Source of the DNA: an uncultured Gammaproteobacteria bacterium
GTDB taxonomy: Bacteria > Patescibacteriota > Microgenomatia > Levybacterales > UBA12049
DNA: 64,000 nucleotides
Assembly: GCA_964474445.1 (NCBI GenBank)
Contig: CAYYSJ010000002.1
Span: 183,774 to 247,773 of the forward strand
Direction: 5' to 3'
In this document: piece by piece, positions 44,533-53,367 of the stretch
Layout: each line of letters begins with the position of its first letter
How positions within the stretch are numbered: position 1 is the first letter of the stretch
Position numbers and translations under genes: made by a program
The notes under the pieces: model-generated
Database searches by the model: none
What the model saw: only the letters and a program-made list of their open reading frames with translations
What the model was told of the DNA's origin: nothing

Positions 44533-47223
44533 TCAATCTGCTTTAATAAAACTTTCAGATTCGGTTTGGAACAGTTTTAACTGATCCTTTAACGCAGCTA
44601 ACTTATTCAATGCTTCCAAAGGCGTCATATTGGCAACATCCAAATCCTCTATTTCTTTTTGAATAAGATGCATAGCAAGGGATGCCTGAGTAGTATCATT
44701 CTGAGCAAACTGTTGTGAAATTGAAGAATCTTTCTGTTGGGATATGGGTTCTTCAGTACCCTTCAGAAGGACAGGGCTTTGTCTTTTTTCCAGTGTATGC
44801 AACATTTCAGTTGCTTTGGTTATAACTTCTTGTGGAACTCCTGCCAGTTTTGCAACAGCAACTCCAAATGAATGTGATGCCCCTCCTGGTAATAACGTGT
44901 GAAGAAAGATAGGTTCTCCTTTATCATCAGCAACAGCCATATGATAATTTTTTATATTATTGTGATATTGTTCTTCTAATGCTTGGAGTTCATGATAGTG
45001 GGTGGCAAAAAGAGTCTTTGGAGAAATCTGGAAATGGGTAACAAGGTATTCTGCGACAGCCCATGCAATGGAAATGCCGTCATAGGTACTTGTTCCTCTT
45101 CCAATCTCGTCCATAATAATAAGACTTTTTTCCGTACTGTTGTGAAGAATATGAGCAGTTTCAACCATTTCTACCATAAAAGTTGACAGACCGGAGGTAA
45201 TAACATCTGATGCACCGGAACGAACGAAAATTCTATCAACAAGTGAAAGGTGAGCAGATGTTGCAGGAACAAAGCAACCGATTTGATTGAGCAAAACAAT
45301 TGTAGCAACTTGTCTAATAAACACAGATTTTCCAGCCATATTGGGGCCTGTGATAATAAGAAGAGACTGATTAATGTTATCCAAGACAACATCATTTGGG
45401 ACAAATTGTGTCTCTTCATTCAGCAGTCTTTCAACAACTGGATGTCTTCCCTGATGGATCCGTATCTCTCCTGAGTAGAGAAGTTTGGGACGAATGTACT
45501 GATACTTTTGGCTAATATGAGCAAAATTTGCAATGCAATCAATACTGGCGATAGTTGCAGCGGCTCGTTGGATTTCTTTGGTGTACGTAAGTACTTTTTG
45601 GAGGGTGTGTTGGAAAAGTTCGTACTCTAATTGATTCGCCTTTTCCTCAGCTGTCAGAATAATTTCCTCATGTTTTTTCAGCTCTTCTGTAATAAAGCGT
45701 TCACCATTCACCAATGTTTGTTTCCTCATGTAATGGTGAGGGACAAGATGACTATTTGCTCGACTGACCTCGATATAAAATCCAAATACTTGGTTGAATC
45801 GTATCTTAAGGGATGTGATACCCGTTTTTGTTCTTTCTTCTTGTTCGAGATTTTGAATAAAATGTCGACTATTTTTAATAATACTTCGTAATGTATCAAG
45901 TTCTTTATCGATGTTTTCTTTAATAAGGTTACCTTCTCGAAGTTCTATAGCGGGAGGATCGTCAACAATAGTTGTATCAATAAGGTGAATAACATTCTCT
46001 AACTTTTCTGAAATATTTTTCTGAGCTTGTACAAAGAACGTTGTAGTCGATCCATCTAAATATTTTTTTAATTGGAGAATGTATTGGAGAGATATTTTTA
46101 GACTTTGGAGATCTCGTGCATTTCCAATATTGACAGATAATCGTGATACAATTCGTTCTATATCAATGATTGATGAGAGAGCTTCTCGTATCTGATCTCT
46201 TCTTTCATATTGCTGATGTAATTCTTCAACAGCATCATGTCTTAGTAAAATGCTTTCTTTTTCAATCAGTGGTTTTTTTATCCATTCTTTTAGTAATCTT
46301 CCACCCATTGCTGTTTGTGTCTCATCTAAAACTGATAAAAGACTTCCTCTTGTGTCATGTTCTCGAATTGTTGAAAAAAGCTCGAGATTAATCATCGTTG
46401 ATTTATCAAGAATCATGGATGTTTCTTGTGAATAATAGAGTATCTTTTGGATATGATTTACTTGAGAGAGTTGAGTAGTCTGTAGATACCCAAGAAGTGC
46501 CGCTGATGCTTCTTCAGCAGCAAATCTTCCATCCAAATCAAAAGCAGAAAGTGTTTTGAGTCCGAAATGATGTTGTAAAAAATGGACAGCATCATTTCCA
46601 AAAGTATCCCACTCATGAAAACAGTAAATATTCATTGTTCGTTCTCTCCGCAGCAATTGAAGAAATGTCCTGTTGTTATAGAGTGTTTCCGGTAAAATAC
46701 ATTCTGATGGAGAAAGTCGTGTCAGTTCATCTTGCAGTAAATATTCTTTTTGGTCACCTTCAAGTTCTGTTGTTGCAAAATAACCGGTAGAGAGATCTGC
46801 AATACTCAGTCCGATCTTATTTTCAACATAAGCGATGCTAATAATATAATTGTGCGTTTTTTTCTCTAATGCTTTTTCATCCATCATTGTTCCTGGAGTG
46901 ACAACACGAATAACATCTCTTTTCACAAGACCTTTTTTATTAGGAGGAGATAACTGTTCACAAATGGCAACTTTGTGTCCTGCTTTAACAAGTTTGGCAA
47001 GATAGCTATCTACAGCGTGATAGGGGATTCCTGCCATAGGGATTTTTCCATCTTTTCCTCCGGCTTTACTGGTAAGTGTGATACTTAAGACCTGCGCTCC
47101 AATATGAGCATCTTCCATAAAAAGCTCATAGAAATCACCCATACGGTAAAAGAGAAGACAGTCATGATACTTTTTTTTGATCTCTTTATACTGCTTCATC
47201 ATTGGGGTAGAGAAGTCTTGCAT
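44533..47223 (-). CDS. mutS: DNA mismatch repair protein MutS
   Basis: 896 aa. Mismatch-binding domain MQQYxEIK...FYELF, Walker A GPNMAGKS, signature STFMVEM, Walker B LIIMDEIGRGTST. Forms an operon with mutL. Confidence 0.9.
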   Translation of the reverse strand: MQDFSTPMMKQYKEIKKKYHDCLLFYRMGDFYELFMEDAHIGAQVLSITLTSKAGGKDGKIPMAGIPYHAVDSYLAKLVKAGHKVAICEQLSPPNKKGLVKRDVIRVVTPGTMMDEKALEKKTHNYIISIAYVENKIGLSIADLSTGYFATTELEGDQKEYLLQDELTRLSPSECILPETLYNNRTFLQLLRRERTMNIYCFHEWDTFGNDAVHFLQHHFGLKTLSAFDLDGRFAAEEASAALLGYLQTTQLSQVNHIQKILYYSQETSMILDKSTMINLELFSTIREHDTRGSLLSVLDETQTAMGGRLLKEWIKKPLIEKESILLRHDAVEELHQQYERRDQIREALSSIIDIERIVSRLSVNIGNARDLQSLKISLQYILQLKKYLDGSTTTFFVQAQKNISEKLENVIHLIDTTIVDDPPAIELREGNLIKENIDKELDTLRSIIKNSRHFIQNLEQEERTKTGITSLKIRFNQVFGFYIEVSRANSHLVPHHYMRKQTLVNGERFITEELKKHEEIILTAEEKANQLEYELFQHTLQKVLTYTKEIQRAAATIASIDCIANFAHISQKYQYIRPKLLYSGEIRIHQGRHPVVERLLNEETQFVPNDVVLDNINQSLLIITGPNMAGKSVFIRQVATIVLLNQIGCFVPATSAHLSLVDRIFVRSGASDVITSGLSTFMVEMVETAHILHNSTEKSLIIMDEIGRGTSTYDGISIAWAVAEYLVTHFQISPKTLFATHYHELQALEEQYHNNIKNYHMAVADDKGEPIFLHTLLPGGASHSFGVAVAKLAGVPQEVITKATEMLHTLEKRQSPVLLKGTEEPISQQKDSSISQQFAQNDTTQASLAMHLIQKEIEDLDVANMTPLEALNKLAALKDQLKLFQTESESFIKAD

Positions 47224-47265
47224 AACTATGTTCTATCATAACGTATTTGCAGTAATTTTCCTATA

Positions 47266-47607
47266 TTACCCGGTACATCTTATAAGTTGTAAAAAGTTAT
47301 AAGCATGGTCTATAGAAGACACAATGACATCAGGATAGGAATATAGTGTAATCTGCCAGCCAATTTCCTTACCATTTGCGAGAAATATTGTTTTGTACTT
47401 AGTTTCCTTTGCTATAGTAATAACGGAAAGCATATCTGTAATGACCCAAGACGTAAGGGAGTTAAATTTTTTTATTTTTTGCAATGATTTCAAACGTTTG
47501 TTCATGGGATTTAGTGTGATGTACGAAACTTTTATATAGGGTTTTTTAGGAAATATTACTTTTTGTTTTGTAATGACGTAGACAAAAAGTGTTTTTTGGA
47601 GAGGCAT
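47266..47607 (-). CDS. hypothetical protein (113 aa)
   Basis: ORF in the rsmB-like/mutS interval on the operon strand. No recognisable motif. Confidence 0.3.
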   Translation of the reverse strand: MPLQKTLFVYVITKQKVIFPKKPYIKVSYITLNPMNKRLKSLQKIKKFNSLTSWVITDMLSVITIAKETKYKTIFLANGKEIGWQITLYSYPDVIVSSIDHAYNFLQLIRCTG

Positions 47608-47663
47608 GGGGAGAATCTATAAAAAATATGTAATACTACCTAAACTTTTGTGTAGGAAAAAGA

Positions 47664-47924
47664 TTAGTGTGGTTGTTGTAGAGAGGGGATGTGAGAAGGA
47701 CGTCCTAAAATTGCCATCGGTCTTTCTCTCCAGGTACCATCCTCTTTATATTTCAGCGTGTAGATATGAAGAAGAATCCACCCCTGCTGAAGAAGGTCAT
47801 TTACTTCACTTCTTCCTCTTGTCTCAATATTCCGACCGACAATTTCTTCAATCTCTAAATCCCATAAAGGAATCCCTTGGTGGTAATCTGTAATAATTTC
47901 TTTCGGTGTGGGTTGGGCAGTCAT
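47664..47924 (-). CDS. hypothetical protein (86 aa)
   Basis: Minus-strand ORF with balanced composition (MTAQPTPKEIITDYHQGIPLWDLEIEEIVGRNIETRGR...). Preferred over the overlapping plus-strand ORF 47606..47893 on co-orientation with flanking genes and composition. Confidence 0.3.
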   Translation of the reverse strand: MTAQPTPKEIITDYHQGIPLWDLEIEEIVGRNIETRGRSEVNDLLQQGWILLHIYTLKYKEDGTWRERPMAILGRPSHIPSLQQPH

Positions 47925-47958
47925 AGAAGAAAAATTCTATCTAACAAAGGTAAGGTTA

Positions 47959-48933
47959 TTATGAAAATGAAGGTAGATTTGAGTGAAGTTTTTTTATTTT
48001 TGCAACAAAAAATCCTTCCATTGTTTGTGTAGGAAAAATTCTCATCGTTTTGCTGACTTCCTGATCAAACACCTTATTCCCACATTTTGTAACGCCGGAA
48101 GATATTTCCAAATTTTTTATGGCGATATTTTCAAGTTGAATGGTGTTTTTCTCTTTTTTCAGTATCCAATCTATAACCCCCTCATTCTCCTCAGGAGATA
48201 TGGTACAGGTGGAATAGACAATAATTCCTCCTGGTTTTGTTGCGGATATAGCAGAACGAAGCAGCCATTTTTGCATATCAGAAAGCATGCGTACTTTTCC
48301 TGGTGTCCAGTCTTGATATGTTTTTGGGTCCTCAACAAAAAATCTTCCCTCCATACTGCATGGGACATCAACAAGTGTTCGATCAAAATATTCAGGATAT
48401 TTTTTCCAAAAAACCTCGCCCGGCATATAGGTAGTTTTCACATTTGTTACACCTTGTATCTTTAGATTTGCTTCTAATTTATACATGCGAATTCGACTCT
48501 TGTCATTTGCAACAATTTCACCGGCATTTTCCATCATTGCTGCTATTTGCGTTGTTTTACTTCCAGGAGCTGCGGTAAGGTCAAGTATTCTCTCCTGAGG
48601 CCTTGGATCCAAAATCAGTGGTGGAATCATACTTGAAAGACTCTGCACATAAAAATAGCCTTCTTTATATAAATCTGTTTCTGTCAGTACTTTTTGAGGG
48701 ACATTTTTGAGGACAAAAGCATCAGGAAACCATGTCACTCGTTCTGTTTCTATCCCCAGTTTTGTAAGTTTTTGTTGTAGGTCGTCTGCTGTTATTTTGA
48801 GTGTATTTGCTCGGAAAGTCGATGGATGACGTGAGCAAAAAGATGTAAGGATATCCTCTCTTGTCGAGTCATCAGTAAAAGTAGCGAGTTTTTCTAAAAA
48901 CTTCTCAGGCAGTACATCCCATGGCTGTTTCAT
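47959..48933 (-). CDS. RsmB/RsmF (NOL1/NOP2/Sun) family rRNA cytosine-C5 methyltransferase
   Basis: 324 aa with SAM-binding ILDLTAAPGSKTTQIA, catalytic VDVPCSMEG (motif IV Pro-Cys) and TCT motif VYSTCTISPEENE. Confidence 0.75.
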   Translation of the reverse strand: MKQPWDVLPEKFLEKLATFTDDSTREDILTSFCSRHPSTFRANTLKITADDLQQKLTKLGIETERVTWFPDAFVLKNVPQKVLTETDLYKEGYFYVQSLSSMIPPLILDPRPQERILDLTAAPGSKTTQIAAMMENAGEIVANDKSRIRMYKLEANLKIQGVTNVKTTYMPGEVFWKKYPEYFDRTLVDVPCSMEGRFFVEDPKTYQDWTPGKVRMLSDMQKWLLRSAISATKPGGIIVYSTCTISPEENEGVIDWILKKEKNTIQLENIAIKNLEISSGVTKCGNKVFDQEVSKTMRIFPTQTMEGFFVAKIKKLHSNLPSFS

Positions 48934-48991
48934 AAGGCATATTATACCATTATTCCACTGAACAATTATTTTTGTGATATAGTTAAACTGT

Positions 48992-49891
48992 ATGTGGCTC
49001 TTTGGAAAACAAATAGCAAAAAAGAAAGTGTCTCATTTTGAAGACCTCAAGCAAAAGTGGACGCAAAAACATCAAGTCCTTCAAAAGCAGTTGTGGGACA
49101 AGCATGGGAAAGTGTTGCGAAGGTTTGCTGACAAAACGAAAAACTTTACTGTTGGATCTGTGGCTGGTCTTATTTTACTTGCTTCTCCTGGTTCATCTCT
49201 TGGGAACTCTCTGCCTCATGTCGTAAAAGAAGAGCCATTTAAAGATTTAGATAAAATGTCTTCTTTTCTGCTAGAACTCAATCGGTATATCCCTCGAGAA
49301 GTACGTCCTCTTACACAAGATGAAGAGCAGCGTATAGGTGAGGTACTTTCAAACACGTTTGGAGTTAAGGTGAGCGCAGAGCTTGAGGGAAAAAAACTCA
49401 ATAGAAGTTATGGATACATTGGGCAAGAACAGCATTTAGCAAGGTTTCCAGGAGATACAACAGAGACACAAATGGAAAATGAAGAGGATGCACGACTTTA
49501 CTCTTCCTATGGAATGGCTCCAGGTCTTGGCGCATGGGGATACTTTGCTCCATCGCTATCCCAGATGAAAGATAGTGATAGCTTAAGAGAAAAATATTAT
49601 ATTGCTGTTCAAACATTCCTTGCACCGGGATATGTACAACATGTGAGAGAAATGAATGATTTTTTTAAGTATCGGAAGATGTTAGTTGTGAATCCACAAA
49701 ATGGAAAAGCACTTGTTGCGGATATTGCTGATGCTGGTCCTTCTGAATGGACAGGAAAGTCTCTAGGGGGATCTCCTGAAGTTATGCATTATCTTGAGCG
49801 GGTTGATGGAGCGGCTAAAGGAACAGTTTTATACTTCTTTATTGACGATCCACATGATACGATACCGTTAGGTCCAATTGCATTAAAATAA
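48992..49891 (+). CDS. membrane-anchored protein with RlpA-like double-psi beta-barrel (DPBB) C-terminal domain
   Basis: 299 aa with TM helix FTVGSVAGLILLASPG. C-terminus KMLVVNPQNGKALVADIADAGPSEWTGKSLGGSPEVMHYL resembles the RlpA/expansin DPBB (NGKxVxVxIxDxGP...iDLSxxA). Confidence 0.4.
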   Translation: MWLFGKQIAKKKVSHFEDLKQKWTQKHQVLQKQLWDKHGKVLRRFADKTKNFTVGSVAGLILLASPGSSLGNSLPHVVKEEPFKDLDKMSSFLLELNRYIPREVRPLTQDEEQRIGEVLSNTFGVKVSAELEGKKLNRSYGYIGQEQHLARFPGDTTETQMENEEDARLYSSYGMAPGLGAWGYFAPSLSQMKDSDSLREKYYIAVQTFLAPGYVQHVREMNDFFKYRKMLVVNPQNGKALVADIADAGPSEWTGKSLGGSPEVMHYLERVDGAAKGTVLYFFIDDPHDTIPLGPIALK

Positions 49892-49894
49892 TGT

Positions 49895-50218
49895 ATGAAA
49901 AAACATTTTTATAGCCATTTAGTTGAAACAGAGTCGTTATTTGTAGCGCTCAGCGAGTTGAGTCTTACCGAAGAGGAAAAATTGCATTTGGTGGGAATTA
50001 TTGATTCCTCACTGCAACATGTTATTTTAGATGCTGTACTTTCTGAGTTAAGTGATGAAGATAAAACAGTATTTTTAGAGCATGTCGCAACTGAAGATAA
50101 TGAAAAGATCTGGAAGTTTTTAAATAGTAAAATAGAACATATTGAAGAAAAAATAAAAAAAATAGCAGAAGATTTAAAGACAGAACTTCACAAAGATATC
50201 AAAGAAATTAAGAAATAA
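49895..50218 (+). CDS. hypothetical acidic helical protein (107 aa)
   Basis: ORF begins 4 nt after the preceding stop. E/K/D-rich helical composition, no family assignment. Confidence 0.3.
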   Translation: MKKHFYSHLVETESLFVALSELSLTEEEKLHLVGIIDSSLQHVILDAVLSELSDEDKTVFLEHVATEDNEKIWKFLNSKIEHIEEKIKKIAEDLKTELHKDIKEIKK

Positions 50219-51404
50219 ATTTTTCTACTGCTAAGGCTTGTTCCAGTTGTCTTTTTGCTCTGTTTTGATGAAAAAGAAAGGCAGGGATAGTTGCAACAAA
50301 TGCAGCGAGTGCACAAAAGTAAAAAGAGAAGGTAATATTTGAGTGGTCGGCAACAAATCCAACAATCACTGGTGTAATAGTATTTGCAATAGAGAGAACA
50401 ATATAATTTACCGCATAGGCATGTTCAAAATTTCCTGTATCTTTTACACTTTCTGATGCCATTGTAAGTGATGCTGGTACTGTTCCCTTCGTTAAAACTC
50501 CAAGAATAAAAGAAATACCTGCAAAAAGAATAGGGGACGTTATATTTGCAATGACAATAAGAAAGACAGCCATAAGACTTTCTGCACTAATAAAAACAAG
50601 AGTGTTTCTAAATTTATCTGTTAGTCTACCAAGATATAATTTTCCACAAAGACTTCCAAAGAAAAAAATGGCAATAAGAAATGGCATAAGGGAAAGAGAT
50701 ATATGTCGATATATCATTAAAAAGGGTAAATATACAAATAATGTAGCGCTTGCTATAGAATCGAAGAAAACAATACCGCTTGTTAAGAGAAATTGAACAT
50801 TCTTTGTTAATACTTTTGTCTCATGCAAGAGAGAAGTTTTTTTGTTCTTTCTCTCTTCCTTTATCTGTGGTCTTTTTATATATGCACATAGTAAAAATAT
50901 GAGAAGAATACATCCTGCTCCTATACTTGCAATTCTCCATCCAAGTTGAGTAGCTGCGAAAGATAATGCACCTGCAATACCAATTCGTCCCAAATCCGAT
51001 CCTGATGTAACAAATCCCATCACTCTGCCTCTCTCTCCTGGTTCAGAGAGTCGTGTTGAGAGTCCGAATACAAGTGGTTGAAAGATACTGATTGCGATGC
51101 CGACTAACAAGAAAAGTAAGACAAATATCAAGAAAAAATGTTGAAACCCAACAGAGACAAATCCCAAACAATACATCCCAGTAGCAATAAGCAGCATGGG
51201 AATAGATCCAATTTTGCCAGACAACATCGTTAGGGGAATTACTGAGAAGATTCGAGAAAAACTAAATGCTCCGCCAATAATTCCAGCTTGTGTTAAAGAA
51301 AAATGAAACTCTTTTGTTAAAAATGGCAACAATAAAAGAAAACCTCCTGCAGATCCAGTTGCAAAGAGGAACATGATCATTAAATAAATAATCTCTTTTT
51401 TCAT
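50208..51404 (-). CDS. MFS transporter
   Basis: 398 aa, 12 TM helices in two 6-TM halves with a central loop, typical of MFS. Confidence 0.7.
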   Translation of the reverse strand: MKKEIIYLMIMFLFATGSAGGFLLLLPFLTKEFHFSLTQAGIIGGAFSFSRIFSVIPLTMLSGKIGSIPMLLIATGMYCLGFVSVGFQHFFLIFVLLFLLVGIAISIFQPLVFGLSTRLSEPGERGRVMGFVTSGSDLGRIGIAGALSFAATQLGWRIASIGAGCILLIFLLCAYIKRPQIKEERKNKKTSLLHETKVLTKNVQFLLTSGIVFFDSIASATLFVYLPFLMIYRHISLSLMPFLIAIFFFGSLCGKLYLGRLTDKFRNTLVFISAESLMAVFLIVIANITSPILFAGISFILGVLTKGTVPASLTMASESVKDTGNFEHAYAVNYIVLSIANTITPVIVGFVADHSNITFSFYFCALAAFVATIPAFLFHQNRAKRQLEQALAVEKFIS

Positions 51405-51461
51405 AAGGCTATTGTATCAATTTCTTAAGATAAATCCATAGAAATTCGTTATACTAACTAT

Positions 51462-52388
51462 ATGGATATTTTAGAAGTAAAAAACCTCGTAAAGGATTAT
51501 GGGAGATACCGTGCTGTAGACGACATATCATTTCGTATCGAAAAAGGGAAGGCAGTTGGGTTCTTGGGCCCCAATGGTGCAGGGAAAACTACAACAATTC
51601 AAATACTTTGTGGTATCACACTGCCAAATGGAGGTAGTATTAGCTATTTTGGTAAAGATTTTGCTACTCATAGAGAATATTGCTTGCAACGAATTAATTA
51701 CGGCTCAGCTTTTAATACACTTTTGGGAAGAATAACTGCTTATGAAAATCTGTTTGTTTATGCAAAGCTCTATGGTGTTGCGAATCCTCATAAAAAAATC
51801 CAAGAACTACTCGAGTATTTTGAAGTTACTCATATTGCAAAAGAACTCTATCAAAATCTTTCTGCAGGTCAAAAAACACGTATTAACTTAGTGAAATCAC
51901 TGCTCAATGATCCAGAAATCCTCCTTATGGATGAGCCCACAGCTTCCCTTGACCCTGATATAGCAGATAAAACATTGAGTTTGATTGAAGATTTGAGAAA
52001 AACACGCAACTTATCCTTACTTTTTACCAGTCATAATATGGATGAAGTGACAAGGATTTGTGATGAGGTTATTTTTTTGGATAAAGGGAAAATTTTTGCA
52101 CATGATACACCTCTTGGGTTAACAAAAAGAATTGAAAAGGCTCACCTACGTCTTACTTATGACGTTGGTAAAGAAAAAGTTGAAAGGTATTTATCTGATA
52201 ATCATCATGAATTTTCCTTTGAGGCTCCACATATTGTTATTATAGAGACAAATGAAAAAACAGTCCCTAAAATTATTTTTGGACTTAGTCAAGAAGGTAT
52301 TTGGATAACGGATATTGAGGTGAAAAAGCCTACTCTAGAAGACGTATTTTTACAAATTGCGAGAGGGGTATCCTATGAAGCTGCATAG
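51462..52388 (+). CDS. ABC transporter ATP-binding protein
   Basis: 308 aa. Walker A GPNGAGKTTT, signature LSAGQKTRI, Walker B LLMDEPTASLD, H-loop TSHNMDE. Confidence 0.85.
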   Translation: MDILEVKNLVKDYGRYRAVDDISFRIEKGKAVGFLGPNGAGKTTTIQILCGITLPNGGSISYFGKDFATHREYCLQRINYGSAFNTLLGRITAYENLFVYAKLYGVANPHKKIQELLEYFEVTHIAKELYQNLSAGQKTRINLVKSLLNDPEILLMDEPTASLDPDIADKTLSLIEDLRKTRNLSLLFTSHNMDEVTRICDEVIFLDKGKIFAHDTPLGLTKRIEKAHLRLTYDVGKEKVERYLSDNHHEFSFEAPHIVIIETNEKTVPKIIFGLSQEGIWITDIEVKKPTLEDVFLQIARGVSYEAA

Positions 52389-53163
52389 AATTGAAGCAAT
52401 ATTTATTCAAGAATATTTTGTTATGCGACATGCGCTTGAAGTTATTATGGATATTGCTATATATCCACTGATGTCAGTCGTTGTCTTTGGATTTTTGTCA
52501 CTCTATCTTATTGGCAAAGGTAATTCAGAAATTGGCCAGAGTGTTATTATGGGGATGCTCCTTTGGCAAATTATTTTTATTGCACAATACTCAATTCCTG
52601 TTGCTGCACTATGGAATATTTGGTCTAGGAATTTAAGCAATCTATTTATTACACCGTTAAATGTTACAGAATATGTGATTGCACAGACAATTTCCAGCAC
52701 CGTTAAATCCTTTATTATTGTTGGGCTCAGTAGTCTTATTTGTTACTGGATATTTCATTTCAATATTCTTTCACTTGGACTTACTTCCCTTATTATCATC
52801 TTTATTAACTTTACTATGTTTGCATTTGCACTTGGTCTAATGATTTTGGGTCTTATTTGTCGATATAGCACTCGAATACAATCTCTTGCATGGGGATTAT
52901 TGCCAATTTTGCAACCTCTTATGGCGGCGATTTATCCAGTAAAAGTATTGCCATATCCTTTACAAATACTGTCATATTTTTTTCCTCCAACTTTTACTTT
53001 TGAAGCTGCAAGAAGTGGCCTTGCAAGCCATACCATAGATTGGCAGCTTTATGGTATTTCTTTTGCTATGAACATTATCTATACCTTGATTGCAATTTTT
53101 ATTTTCAGATATATGTTTGATAAATCACGAGACACTGGGCAATTTGCAAGAAATGAGGCCTAA
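52375..53163 (+). CDS. ABC-2 type transporter permease
   Basis: Six predicted TM helices. Start MKLHRIEAIF overlaps the ATPase stop by 14 nt, implying translational coupling. Confidence 0.65.
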   Translation: MKLHRIEAIFIQEYFVMRHALEVIMDIAIYPLMSVVVFGFLSLYLIGKGNSEIGQSVIMGMLLWQIIFIAQYSIPVAALWNIWSRNLSNLFITPLNVTEYVIAQTISSTVKSFIIVGLSSLICYWIFHFNILSLGLTSLIIIFINFTMFAFALGLMILGLICRYSTRIQSLAWGLLPILQPLMAAIYPVKVLPYPLQILSYFFPPTFTFEAARSGLASHTIDWQLYGISFAMNIIYTLIAIFIFRYMFDKSRDTGQFARNEA

Positions 53164-53296
53164 TCTGCGATATGGCTACTTTAGAAGTAAAAAACTTAAC
53201 AAAGAAATGTAAAGATTTCACTGATTGTTTATCTTCTTGGTTTTTATGGTTTGTTTGATCAAGTGTTAGTACTGTTTTGATGAAGGGATTGGTCAA

Positions 53297-53355
53297 GGTG
53301 CTCTAATCCCATAATTCTAGCACTCTATTGACAAGACTGCTAGATATGTTAAGAT
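53297..53355 (+). promoter_or_regulatory. candidate clpB promoter with upstream imperfect inverted repeat
   Basis: TTGACA (53328-53333), 16-nt spacer, TAAGAT. Immediately upstream is GGTGCTCTAAtcccataatTCTAGCACTC, a partial, permuted resemblance to a CIRCE half-site (TTAGCACTC). Confidence 0.3.
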
Positions 53356-53367
53356 AAGAGTTGTAGT

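Noticed and set aside
47606-47893. 95-aa plus-strand ORF overlapping the 86-aa minus-strand ORF
   Set aside because: Cys/Arg/Leu-rich odd composition and opposite orientation to all flanking genes. The minus-strand alternative is preferred, but neither is certain.
53290-53330. GGTCAAGGTGCT upstream of clpB examined as a CtsR box
   Set aside because: Only one GGTCAA hexamer. The CtsR operator needs a direct heptad repeat GGTCAAAnanGGTCAAA, so only the weaker CIRCE-like resemblance is reported.
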